The position numbers and the translations under genes were made by a program. The notes beneath the pieces are model-generated. The model saw only the letters and a list, made by a program, of their open reading frames with translations, had not been told where the DNA came from and did not search any database. A DNA stretch of 64,000 nt from NCBI GenBank assembly GCA_951406725.2, contig OX597843.1, positions 18,414,001-18,478,000 on the forward strand. Direction: 5' to 3'. This DNA comes from Octopus vulgaris (Eukaryota). Of the stretch, positions 15,264 through 26,347 are shown one piece after another; the first letter of the stretch is position 1, and every line of letters starts with the position of its first letter.

Positions 15264-15690
15264 CAAACGGATAAAGTCAATTACATCGACCCCAGTGCGT
15301 AACTGGTACTTAATTTATCGACCCCGAAAGGATGAAAGGCAAAGTCGACCTCGGCGGAATTTGAACTCACAACGTAACGCAGACGAAATACCGCTAAGCC
15401 TTTCGCCCGGCATGCTAACGTTTCTGCCAGCTCGCCGTTGAAATAAATACCAATTGAGCACTGGGGTTGGTGTAAAAGACTTATCCCTTCCCCTGAAATT
15501 GCTGGCCTTGTGCCAAAATTTGAAACCAATATTATTTACATTCTGAAATCAAATGCCACCAGGGTCGACTTTGTCCTTCATCCTTTCGGGATCGATAAAA
15601 TAAGTACCAATTAAACACTGGCGATCTATGTAATCGAACTACCCCCGCCCAAAATATCTGGCCTTATGCCAACATTTGAAATCAGTATTA
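15264..15690. mobile_element. SINE family B cluster (minus-strand copy 15264-15438 plus + strand fragments)
   Basis: Reverse complement of GGCGAGCTGGCAGAAACGTTAGCATGCCGGGCGAAA...GAGTTCAAATTCCGCCGAGGTCGAC, then forward 3' fragments. Confidence 0.8.
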
Positions 15691-16452
15691 TACAAAGATT
15701 TAAAGATTCTTCTAAGAATTTCACAAAATAATTGTAGAAAAGAAAGCACATACCTAGATATAGCCAATAGAATCTATCGGTGATTCTGTTGGTTTCAGGC
15801 TAATATTATTTATTCTATTTTATGATTACTGTAGAGCTATATATCTTGCTAGAACATGATGGTCATCCTGGGATTTCACTCATCACAGCATATGTAACAC
15901 TGTCTCTCTTCTCTCATTTCTACCACGTCATTCCATAGGTTAAGCATCTAAATCGTCCCTCCCAGAGGCTGAGCTTTATTAGTTTTAAGACAAAACCAAC
16001 TGGTGGAATTACTCAAATCTGAGCATATATAGGAAAATATACGTAAATCCATTGTTGTCGCTCTGATGACGAAATATGAACAAGTAATTTCCCCACTCAA
16101 CTTGAACTAACATCCCGGTTCTTTAATATTGCATCACTTACACCGTTCCAACTAATCTTGTATTGAATAATCATAAAAGCAACAAATTAGTGTAAATACA
16201 AGCAGAGGCAGGAATATTGTGTTTATATCTGAACTCTAGTTAGAAAATATTTGACATTAGTTTTGAGGATAGGGATCAGGAGTAAATAATAGATTTCTTC
16301 CCTAAATGCATTACACCATTTATCCTTCTTTCACTAAATTATGAGTTCAAATCACGACCAGATCGAAGGTTTCTTATATTCCTCTGAGACTGATGAAATT
16401 CTTCTAAGAATGAATAAACTCGACTGACAATATTTAACATTTATTTTTTCAG

Positions 16453-16622
16453 TTCTCCCAGAACAGTGGGGCATCCAGAAATGGCATCAAGTCAAAACCT
16501 GTCATCACAAAAGTGTTCACCGTTTACTGGTATCTGGCAAGAACCAGACATGTCTCAATGTTACAATGCAGAACAGACCACCCAAGGACTAAAGGATATC
16601 GAAAACAAAGGCATTGATGATG
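16453..16622 (+). CDS. Gene 1 exon H: HRM part 2 and probable first helix of GAIN
   Basis: ttttcag|T TCT...GAT G|gtgagc; SPRTVGHPEMASSQNLSSQKCSPFTGIWQEPDMSQCYNAEQTTQGLKDIENKGIDD; GxWxxPDxSxC closes the HRM. Confidence 0.88.
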
Positions 16623-16735
16623 GTGAGCGAGCAAATCTTTTTGAATGACTTTTACAGCAGTAGAAGTAGCAGGATGACAAGTAGTAATTTTTGTGAGTGA
16701 CTATCTGTCTGTTTAATAATATTAATCCTTAAATT

Positions 16736-16945
16736 AGGCGGTAAGCTGGCAGAATCGTTAGCAGACCGGGAGAAATGCTTTGCATTATTTCGTCTGTCTT
16801 TACGTTCTGAGTTCAAATTCCGCCGAGATTGACTTTGCTTTTCATCATTTCTGTGTCGATAAAATAAGCAAAATTTGAGCTCTGGGTCAATGTAATCAAC
16901 TTAACCCCTGCACAGAATCTGCTGGTCACGTACCAATATTTGAAA
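16736..16945 (+). mobile_element. SINE family B
   Basis: GGCGGTAAGCTGGCAGAATCGTTAGC...GAGTTCAAATTCCGCCGAG. Confidence 0.8.
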
Positions 16946-17061
16946 CCTGCATTGTTCCTTTGATTATGCCCTTTTATTTACACGATTTATTCATTTCATA
17001 TTCATTTCATTCATCGTTTGCAATGTTCTCTCTCCCAAACTTTCTCTCTCTCTCACTCTCA

Positions 17062-17092
<31 letters not shown>

Positions 17093-17392
17093 TGGTGGAA
17101 TCAAACACCACGACATGAAGGAAAAGAGTAAAAGAGAGCACGTTTGGCGAGTGAGCAAAATATTGGTTTGAAAGTTAAACGCCAGAAACATAGTTTCGGC
17201 GATAAACTCGCACGCAGTCGCAGTAGTTCGGTATGAGGCTGGAAAACTGAAGTGAACAGGGGAGAAGCTACCACATGGTTACGGGTTCAGTCCCAATGCG
17301 TGGCACTTTCGGTAAGTGTTTTCTACAATAGCCTCAGGCCAAACAAATTCTTTTGAATGGATTTGGTTGACGGAAACTGAAAGAATCCCGTC

Positions 17393-17427
<35 letters not shown>

Positions 17428-17550
17428 GTATTTTTAAGTGTATATGTGATTATGATTGTATATTTTTATCTACGTATGTGGGTTTTATGTGCATCTATTA
17501 CGTGTGTCTCATTTATAAACTCAGTGATTATTTTTTATATCAATCCATAG

Positions 17551-17633
17551 GCCGGACCAAATCCTTCGTATTTCGTTTGATTTTAAAGATGATCAACGAA
17601 CGTAAAATCCCTGCTGAGAATGTATCAAGTGCC
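17551..17633 (+). CDS. Duplicate exon D' (SEA-like part 1), intact
   Basis: ccatag|GC...GCC|gtgagt; GRTKSFVFRLILKMINERKIPAENVSSA; the phase-1 acceptor is compatible with exon H. Confidence 0.6.
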
Positions 17634-18856
17634 GTGAGTAGATATCTGCTTTCTCTCTTTCTCCGCACTCTCACACATACACACGCACTGACCACGCGCA
17701 CACATGCATACACATACATACATATTTTATCGGAGAAAAGCAAAACCGTGAATTTAAATAGTGAGCTCAATACGTTTAGTAGATATTAATATCGGTTTTG
17801 TTAAATGATAACAGGTATCTTAAAGTTTAGCCTGATCAGCTTAAACACATAAATACATACATATATGTAAATACATGTTAAATTCAAATATACAGATAAG
17901 CATTCTATGCGCATGTATTTATTTTTTGATTCCCTACATATTCTGCGGCGAGCTGGAAAAGTCTTTTGTACGTAGAGCAAAATGATAAGCGGTAATTCGC
18001 CCCTCTTTATATTTTGAGTTCAAATTCTACCGCAGCCGACTTTGCCTTTCATCCTTTAATCGTTTTTACTACACCTCTGTATGAGTATTTACTCCACTGC
18101 CAAGCTTTGTTGAGCTAGTTTGGTTTCTTAGGCTCATCAAACCAGTATACTCTCGAGGTCAAATCACGGCCTCCACATCAGATAGGGTTGGTAGAGAGAG
18201 TATGCTGAGACCTTCATTCTGCTGTGGAATGAACATCGGCAATCTAATGCAATCCATATATTCATAATTTGTATGCATGTAAGTATATATAGACTTTTAT
18301 ACAGACATATAAATATACTGAGACATGAACATGCAGTAGACCGTAGTAAAAGAATGCGAATTAATTGTATTTGGGTTTCATGAAATTCAGACAATCAACT
18401 CCATTTACTGATAGTAAATTATTACATAATAAAATTTTTTTAAGTTACTGATTTTTTGCTGGTCAATAAAAAGACTGTTTGATCCACTATTTTGCCTTTA
18501 AAAGAAGTCCACACAATGAACATCATTTATATATTCCGTGATATAATTTCCGATTGTGACAGTATATGAAATCCCACTCAATTATTCATTAATCTTGTGT
18601 TTACCACACACACACACACACACACGTGCTCGGACACGCACACACGCATATGTACACACTTCATTTTGGTAATATTTTCCTTCTCTCAACTTTTCAGTTT
18701 TCCTTTCTGAAAAAGAGCTATGCTCGAAACGTTAAAAACTCTTTCTTTTCCTCCACTTTACCGAGCGTCCAGCTAATATGTTCCATGCGCACGTACTCTT
18801 GTCTTTTGTTATTGTTAATTTTAAAGCTCTACTCTTCAAATTTTACTATTCGATTT

Positions 18857-18896
<40 letters not shown>

Positions 18897-18989
18897 CAGA
18901 TGAGAAAATAATTTTTTCTCAAACGCAGGATAATGTTAATAATATAGCATGAACAGGATAAAAACTATCCATATTTTGCAGAAAATCTG

Positions 18990-19165
18990 TCAGTGACCTG
19001 TCATGAGACTCGAACTCACATCCCTGTGATTATGCAACTTCTAAAGCTAGATTTATATATCCTAAATTTGCAGCGGAATTTTTCGTTCGGGCAGTTTAGC
19101 TTAATGGTAAAGCACTTGCCGCGTAATCACAGGGATGTGAGCTTCAGTCTCACAGATTAGCCGCA
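18990..19165. pseudogene. tRNA-like (Thr CGT-like) sequence with an upstream inverted partial copy; more decayed paralog at ~11000-11075
   Basis: TAGCTTAATGGTAAAGCAC...CGTAATCACAGGGATGTGAGCTTCAGTCTC at ~19097-19152; 19003-19037 is the reverse complement of its 3' half with an intact GAGTTCGAGTC B-box. Confidence 0.5.
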
Positions 19166-19654
19166 AAATATGGATATTTTATCCTGTTCATACTATATTA
19201 TTATCATTATCCTGATTTGAAAATGAAATTATTTCCATATCTCTATATTTCAATACATCTCAACGCTTTTAAATCAAACTTTGTTTCTTAAATTAAATGT
19301 ATATATATATATATATATATATAAATATATATATGGTTCGTTCCGATTCGTCGTTTCGTTCCACCTCTTGGTTCCTGTTATTTTTATTTTATTACTATAT
19401 ATATATATACTCAAAATAAGGAGCAAGAATTACTCCGGTAATTTGGTACGATCGTTTCGTACTACATCATTTTATTAAATGTTGTAACATTTAATAAAAT
19501 GATGTAGTACGAAACAATCGTACCAAATTACCGGAGTCATTCTTGTTGCTCATTTTGATTATAATCACCCCACGGATTTTTATGGATAATACCATACAGA
19601 ATTCTGGTGCATCTAACTTAAGTACCATATTCATTTGAATCTAAATTTTTGCTG

Positions 19655-19719
<65 letters not shown>

Positions 19720-19732
19720 CCGGCTTTTGCAG

Positions 19733-19785
19733 ATGGAGCATGAGTTTTTAACCGTGACTGGAAAATTCAGAGTTGAATATCCTGG
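19733..19785 (+). CDS. Duplicate exon E' (SEA-like part 2), intact frame
   Basis: ttttgcag|ATG...CCT GG|gtaagc; MEHEFLTVTGKFRVEYPG. Confidence 0.6.
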
Positions 19786-20091
19786 GTAAGCAAAAGCTTC
19801 TAACACATTTATTCAAATTTATTTGGTTTTGTTCAAAACGTTCGATTTTATCTTATGTATTATATATCACAATAATCAACAGTGTTGTACTTGTGACCCA
19901 CAATATACTAATTCATAATTCAATGAAATGTTTAAGTGTTTTCTCAAAGTTTTATTATACAAACGACAAACAAACCCATATAAATATACAGAGAGAACTG
20001 TGTATGTATATATACATACCTTTATATACATCTATACATATATACATATATATATATATACATGCATACACACACACATACACACATACAC

Positions 20092-20161
<70 letters not shown>

Positions 20162-20346
20162 ATAAGATCGATATTTAAATACCTATTTTATCAGGTGGCC
20201 AGTATGGGAATAAAAACCTTTCAAAAACCTTATTTGAAATTATAATATAGTGTATCCAAGAGATACCACCACGCCGGAAATAGCAGTCAAAACTTAACTT
20301 GAGAGAAGACGAAGAGACAAAATAAACTAGCAAAAAATTACTGTAT

Positions 20347-20408
20347 AATTCTAGATTCCGGATTTCTGACTCTGCATAAGAAATGGTGTGTCTTCATCAG
20401 TGGAATAT
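20347..20408 (-). ncRNA. Minimal hammerhead-ribozyme-like motif in a (TA)n-embedded element
   Basis: Minus strand: ATTCCA CTGATGA A GAC...GTC A GAAA TCCGGA ATC TAGAAT (core boxes, palindromic stem III, imperfect stem I). Confidence 0.55.
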
Positions 20409-20433
20409 ACTCGGAAAAAAGTAAATAAATACA

Positions 20434-20469
<36 letters not shown>

Positions 20470-20516
20470 ACATACGATATACTTACATATAAGAACGTAT
20501 ATATATATATATGTAC

Positions 20517-20551
<35 letters not shown>

Positions 20552-20914
20552 TATATATATATATATACACACACATATATATATATATATGAGTGTGTAT
20601 ATATAAATTAAGGTTGTTATCAGCAATTTAAAACCAACCAGGAAATTACATATATATATATGAATTGTTTATAAAATATTATACACGGAGAGCAGACCAC
20701 CATGTGGATTTCTTACATGCTAAAGAGGGCAACTCACGGTACTGGACGAATATGTTCTTAAGGCCAACTTTTAGTCACCCGCTTGTAGTTCTAGCCTTCT
20801 TCGCTAATTCTGTTTTCAACCATGCTGAATGCGGTTATTTTAACTATGATGACCGAATCCTATGCTATATTTGAATGTAAAAATAATTGAAATAAAACAA
20901 TTAATTTCTTTAAG

Positions 20915-21018
20915 TGTTCAAAGTGAACTGCGGCGCAAAATCTCCCAAGTTTTGAACAAATCCCAGGCATTCCTTAACTTAGGAGTCCAGAAAAGTCACA
21001 CGAAATTCCTTGATGAAA
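20915..21018 (+). CDS. Duplicate exon F' (5'-deleted, with an in-frame candidate new acceptor)
   Basis: tttctttaag|T GTT CAA AGT GAA CTG...GAA A|gtaagt; VQSELRRKISQVLNKSQAFLNLGVQKSHTKFLDE; the original acceptor and the first ~19 codons of exon F are missing. Confidence 0.45.
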
Positions 21019-22440
21019 GTAAGTATCTTGTTTCTTCTTATTTTTATCACCATTACCGTCATAATTAGCTTCATCAATCACCATTACCATCCTCTTCATC
21101 ATCGTCGTCATCATCACCTACAATGGCTGATACCTTAGGACACGCACTCGCGCACGCAAGCACACAGGCTCTCCCCTCCTTCTCATACATACAACTATTT
21201 ATTTACATTTTCTCAAAGCTTGGATAATTTCAATAAATCAGCATTTTATTTTGCGCTTTTCCGTTTCTTGTCCCTACGGAACTGTTTGTGTTTGCTCATT
21301 TTCTTTTTAATTATACTAATTAACCGAGGGCAAAAATGTTTTCTTCTTATTTTGTATAGAAGTAGAAGATGCAGACTCTACTGGGCAGAATAATTCACAC
21401 AATTCCAGTCCTTGCTTTAATTCAAACAGGAAAAATATTTAGTGCTGCAAATAATTTTCCTCAGCGGAATTTCATTTCGTACGAAGTGATCATGCTAATT
21501 TTTGAATAAGAAACGATAGATACACACACAGCTTATACGCTTTAACTCATCTCTAAGAGATATACAAGAGGAACAAAGCATATCCCATTGCCGAACAATG
21601 ATATAATTTTTTTCACTTTGTTTCCATTCATTTCATTTTACCACTGACAAACCATTATAAAGTCTATCTATTTCCGGCATAAATGAGGTTTATGCGCATC
21701 CGGTCAGTATGTCTAAGTATTGGTCAATATTGACGAAATGCAACAATAGAGGCCGCGAAACAGACAGTAGCATTTTTACTAGTCAAACATCGTAACAAAT
21801 TATATATTGCTTGAGAAAATGTAAAAATATAGATACATATACACACACATATTTCGGGATGGTCATTTAATTTATTATTTAAAAAAAAAATGTAAATATA
21901 TGTGTGCATATATATATGTGTTCCTAGGTAGAGTTCACGGGGATCTCTACGTACAACAGTGTTCGGGCAAACAGATCACATTGGCATAATTTGAAGAAAG
22001 CTATCAAAGTAATTTCTCATGGATTCAGATCTACGTTTCGAGCATTGTCTTCTGTGAAATATACACGCTGGCCATTTTCAAGATGTACAGATAGATTTTA
22101 AGAAAGTGTTCCTACATGTAAACAGGATGTGACCTTTGTGTTGACAGTGTGTTTGTCTAAAAGCAGAACAGTTCTTCCATCAGCGCTTGTCAATTGGCTG
22201 AAGTAACGTGAAAGGCATCGTAATTCATGGTATATTCGTGAATAAGTAACAAACTGAAATACGCTGATCTATTGTTTAGGGAAATATTATTTACTTGTTT
22301 AAGGGTTGTACTGGATACATAGAGAAAACAGCTCTAACAGTTCAAATAGTAAGAAATAAACATATATATACAAATTAATATTATACGGTAATTAATGTGC
22401 TTAAAATTTTATATTTTATGTTTTTTCATTATGTTTCCAG

Positions 22441-22493
22441 GTTCAAGTACTGGTAATGGAACAGAGGATAGGGCAGCAGAAACAAACTTCTAA
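22441..22493 (+). CDS. Candidate terminal coding exon
   Basis: Strong pyrimidine tract ending tttccag|GT TCA AGT ACT GGT AAT GGA ACA GAG GAT AGG GCA GCA GAA ACA AAC TTC TAA; (S/G)SSTGNGTEDRAAETNF*; phase 1; AATAAA near 22900. Confidence 0.45.
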
Positions 22494-22539
22494 GTGAAAA
22501 TCGAAAAAGAGCCTCCAAGAATCGTCTTTGATGATATTT

Positions 22540-22695
22540 TATGATATAAAACGATATTTTCTGCATATATGATACAAAATAAAATTTTCTCCATATATAA
22601 TATGAAATAATATTTTCTTCATAATTGATATAAAATTATATTTTCTGCATATATAATATAAAATAATGTTTTCTCCATATATAATATGAAATATT
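22540..22695. repeat. 28-bp minisatellite, ~5.5 copies
   Basis: A unit like TTTTCTCCATATATAATATGAAATAATA recurs at 22557, 22585, 22613, 22641 and 22669. Confidence 0.85.
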
Positions 22696-23495
22696 TGTTC
22701 CTTGTAATGACACTATAATTGTACCTTTCAATACAACACTATGCATGCATGAGACTTTATAATCCACCATAATGTAATTTAAGCAAGTTTCAGGGCCTCA
22801 CTATGGCTTGAAACAGAAAATATTGCATGATTTGAAATTATATTGATATTCTATCTTCTTGCCAATTTAATGTTATCAATGTAAGCTTTAAAATTGTTAA
22901 ATAAAGGATTAAATCTGATCTGTTGCTACCGTTCGTTTTCTAGATGAAATACTGTAATACCGCAGACTAAGATCAAATACCACCGGAAGAGGCGTTGATT
23001 CCGTTTGTTATTTTAAACATTCCACTAAAATGTTAAAACTTGCAAAATGTATCATGCTGATTAGATTTATGATCATTTATCTAATTAGTATGATCAGGTC
23101 ATTCAACTGTCATTGTTCAAGTAATCAACATTTCACAAACAGCTACATTCCAATCAAAGCACCGGACGTAGATTTGTCTTCTACACGTTCATGTCTACTT
23201 TCACTCCATCAATGTTACACTAACACGAGACTGCGCACGCCTCAATGTCTTCATTGAAGTAGTTTCTTAGTTATATTCTCTACATGATATTCAGGCCCAT
23301 TAGGCCGCACTCTCTCTCGGTATCCAACACATTCCAACACCCGGCGATAGAAGACATCCCACTAAAAGAGATGCCAGTCTGTTGCAAGTTTAACTCCTGG
23401 TTGTTGCTGGCATTTCTTCTCAGATGAGTGCAGTGGAAGTGTTTTTCTAGTGGACAGAACTCTCCCAGCCAATAGTCTACGTGCCTGTATATATG

Positions 23496-23541
<46 letters not shown>

Positions 23542-23546
23542 ATGTT

Positions 23547-23577
<31 letters not shown>

Positions 23578-23600
23578 ATATATGTATATATATATGTGTA

Positions 23601-23655
<55 letters not shown>

Positions 23656-24430
23656 GTATAATTATATATATATATATATATCTGTGTGTTTGTGTGTGCT
23701 TTTTAGCTTCTTCTGTCTTCCGGATCTTTGGTCGCTCTCTTATCAACCGGAACACAACTACTTTCTTTTTTTCTACTCTGCTTGGTGTTGTTAAATGAAA
23801 TGTAGCTTTGTATCGTCACAGCTCAGTCAATTCTACTACTAAGTCTGTCTATTGCGTGGCCTGTGGTTTTAGAAGTCTTTATACAACGCCTTAACTAAAG
23901 CATTATTCTGTTTCCGTCTTATTCGATCGTCGAACTACTTCAGTCACTAACTGCACCCATGAAAAATTCACAGAAAACCGAAAAAATGTAAGCATCTGTA
24001 AATTGTATGTTGGTGTCATGAGAAATGTGTCTATATTCTGACAGTTACAGAATATAGAAAAAAGTGTAAAACCGACAACTATATAACTAAACGAAAATAT
24101 CTCCGTTACACAAGCGTAAACAGAATTATTATTTAGCCTTAAAATACATCGTACATATTCAAAGAACCTTCTTGGTTTGATGGTATGGAAAGTTCCTCTG
24201 GTATTCTTTCATTCTTTTGCTTGTTTTAGTCATTTGACGGTGGCCATGCTGAAATGGACCCATGGTGCTTATCTTACCTGTCTCTTCTGCTAAACAGTTA
24301 AGCTACGAGGACGCAAACACACCAACGCGGTTGTCAATCAATGATGGTGGTAGGACAAACACAGATCCAAACACACACACATATAAAAATATCATATACA
24401 TATATACATATATAATACATACATACATAC

Positions 24431-24501
<71 letters not shown>

Positions 24502-24626
24502 AGAGAAAAAAAACAAATTCAACCATGAAAAAATTCACTTAAAACATCTAGAAAAACAAACATATCCCAAAGTCCCTATTCAAAAATCAATAAATTACAA
24601 ATCAATAAATGGTAAATAAGATTAAA

Positions 24627-24696
24627 AGACTACGCGCGTTTCGTGGCTATATTTGGACTAAATTCTATTTAATCTAAAAAGTCACTCTTCAGGTCT
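24627..24696 (-). ncRNA. Minimal type-I hammerhead ribozyme motif (Penelope pLTR type)
   Basis: Minus strand: AGAC CTGAAGA GTGAC...GCCAC GAAA CGCGCG TA GTCT, giving stem I, CUGANGA, stem II, GAAA, palindromic stem III and a GUA cleavage triplet. Confidence 0.75.
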
Positions 24697-24707
24697 ACAA
24701 TAAACTC

Positions 24708-24777
<70 letters not shown>

Positions 24778-24969
24778 TATCCCACACACGTATGTAAACT
24801 TGAAATTACATACGTATCTAAACTTAAAATTAAATCTCAAACAACTATATAATAGTACGTGTTTCAATAATAAATAATCTAAAAGTATGTAACGACATTA
24901 CTTAAAATAAAATTACAAAGCTCTACAATAATAATAGTAGTAGTAATAATAATAATAATAATAATAATG

Positions 24970-25001
<32 letters not shown>

Positions 25002-25898
25002 CGGGGACGTTTAATATGTGAGAACGATAAAACAGTGCTCCGAAATCTATCCACAAACATCGAAAACAAAGACATCGTATGGAGCCAAAAATTAACTGAC
25101 AAAGGATTGGACTATATCCGAGTAAGTAATACTCATTGAAATTTATAACTATTTTCGAAACGAAATGATGTATTTAAACTAGTTATCATCTCCACCTCTA
25201 GCACAACACATGTAAACATGCGTGATACATTACGATCCATCAACACCAGATCATCTCCGACCCCAAACACCATGTACAAAAAAAACTACAAAGAAATTGA
25301 ATAACACCGATATTATTCAACCCAAGAATAACAATCGGGAAGTACGTACTTTAAAATTATATCATAAAATGTACGAAAAACTACACGTGCAAAACAATGT
25401 GACAACAGAAATGAACGGACCGGTACCCTACAAAAATGACAACCGTCAAAATAATGGGCCGGACGTTGTTCCTCATGTCCCGCAAATAAAACCCAAAAAA
25501 CATAAATGGACACGTGAGGAATACATTTCTATTCTACACGCTTACTTTTACAGAATGAAAACACAACAACACATTCATATAAAATATGGAAGGAAAATAA
25601 CATAAATATAGACTAATAAACTAGACTAATGAACCCTAATAAACTAGCTAACGTATTCATATCATAGTAGGTGCATTAGGCATGATAAAAAAATATACAG
25701 ACAAATACATAACAAAAACACCAGGACTTACAAATACATATAACATACAGAGAATTGCACTACTAGGCACTGCACACATCATACACAGAACACTTTCCAT
25801 ATAATAACCATCAGAGCATCACAACAAATCACAGCACATACCCAAGGCACAGAGCTGCGCTCGGCAGTGAAGTGAAAGCAGGCTATAAAAATAAAGTA
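25002..25898 (+). mobile_element. Internally deleted R4/Dong-type element between two (TAA)n tracts
   Basis: N-terminal-like KHKWTREEYISILHAYFY joined to the C-terminus IIVGALGMIKKYTDKYITKTPGLTNTYNIQRIALLGTAHIIHRTLSI*; (TAA)n at 24940-25000 and 25900-26050. Confidence 0.8.
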
Positions 25899-25955
25899 AA
25901 AATAATAATAACAATAATAATAATAATAATAATAATGATAATAATAATAATAATG

Positions 25956-26030
<75 letters not shown>

Positions 26031-26261
26031 GTAATAATAATAATAATGATATCATCAATGTATGTATCTAAAGTAAAATAAAATATCAAACAACTATATA
26101 ATAATACGTGTTTTACCAATAAATAATCTAAAATTATTTACCAACATTATTTAAAATAAAAACACAACTCACCGAAGGAATCCTGTAACTCCAAAATTTC
26201 AAACGTAATATGAGTTTATTAGAAATTATACATTAATCCCTATGTATTCATTAATATTATC

Positions 26262-26347
<86 letters not shown>

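Larger units (their letters stand above)
17015..21910 (+). repeat. Diverged segmental duplicate of 8830-14200 (exons D-F and their introns)
   Basis: Colinear matches: 8832/17016, 10040-10270/17425-17660, 10410-10840/18370-18770, 11270-11540/19715-20000, 13270-14200/20920-21900, with copy-specific insertions and deletions. Confidence 0.92.

Noticed and set aside
16063-16080. CTGATGACGAAA hammerhead-like core
   Set aside because: No stem II between the boxes and no flanking stems; likely chance.
22540-22695. Regularly spaced 28-bp units as a CRISPR-like array
   Set aside because: Contiguous tandem units with no unique spacers, in eukaryotic DNA.
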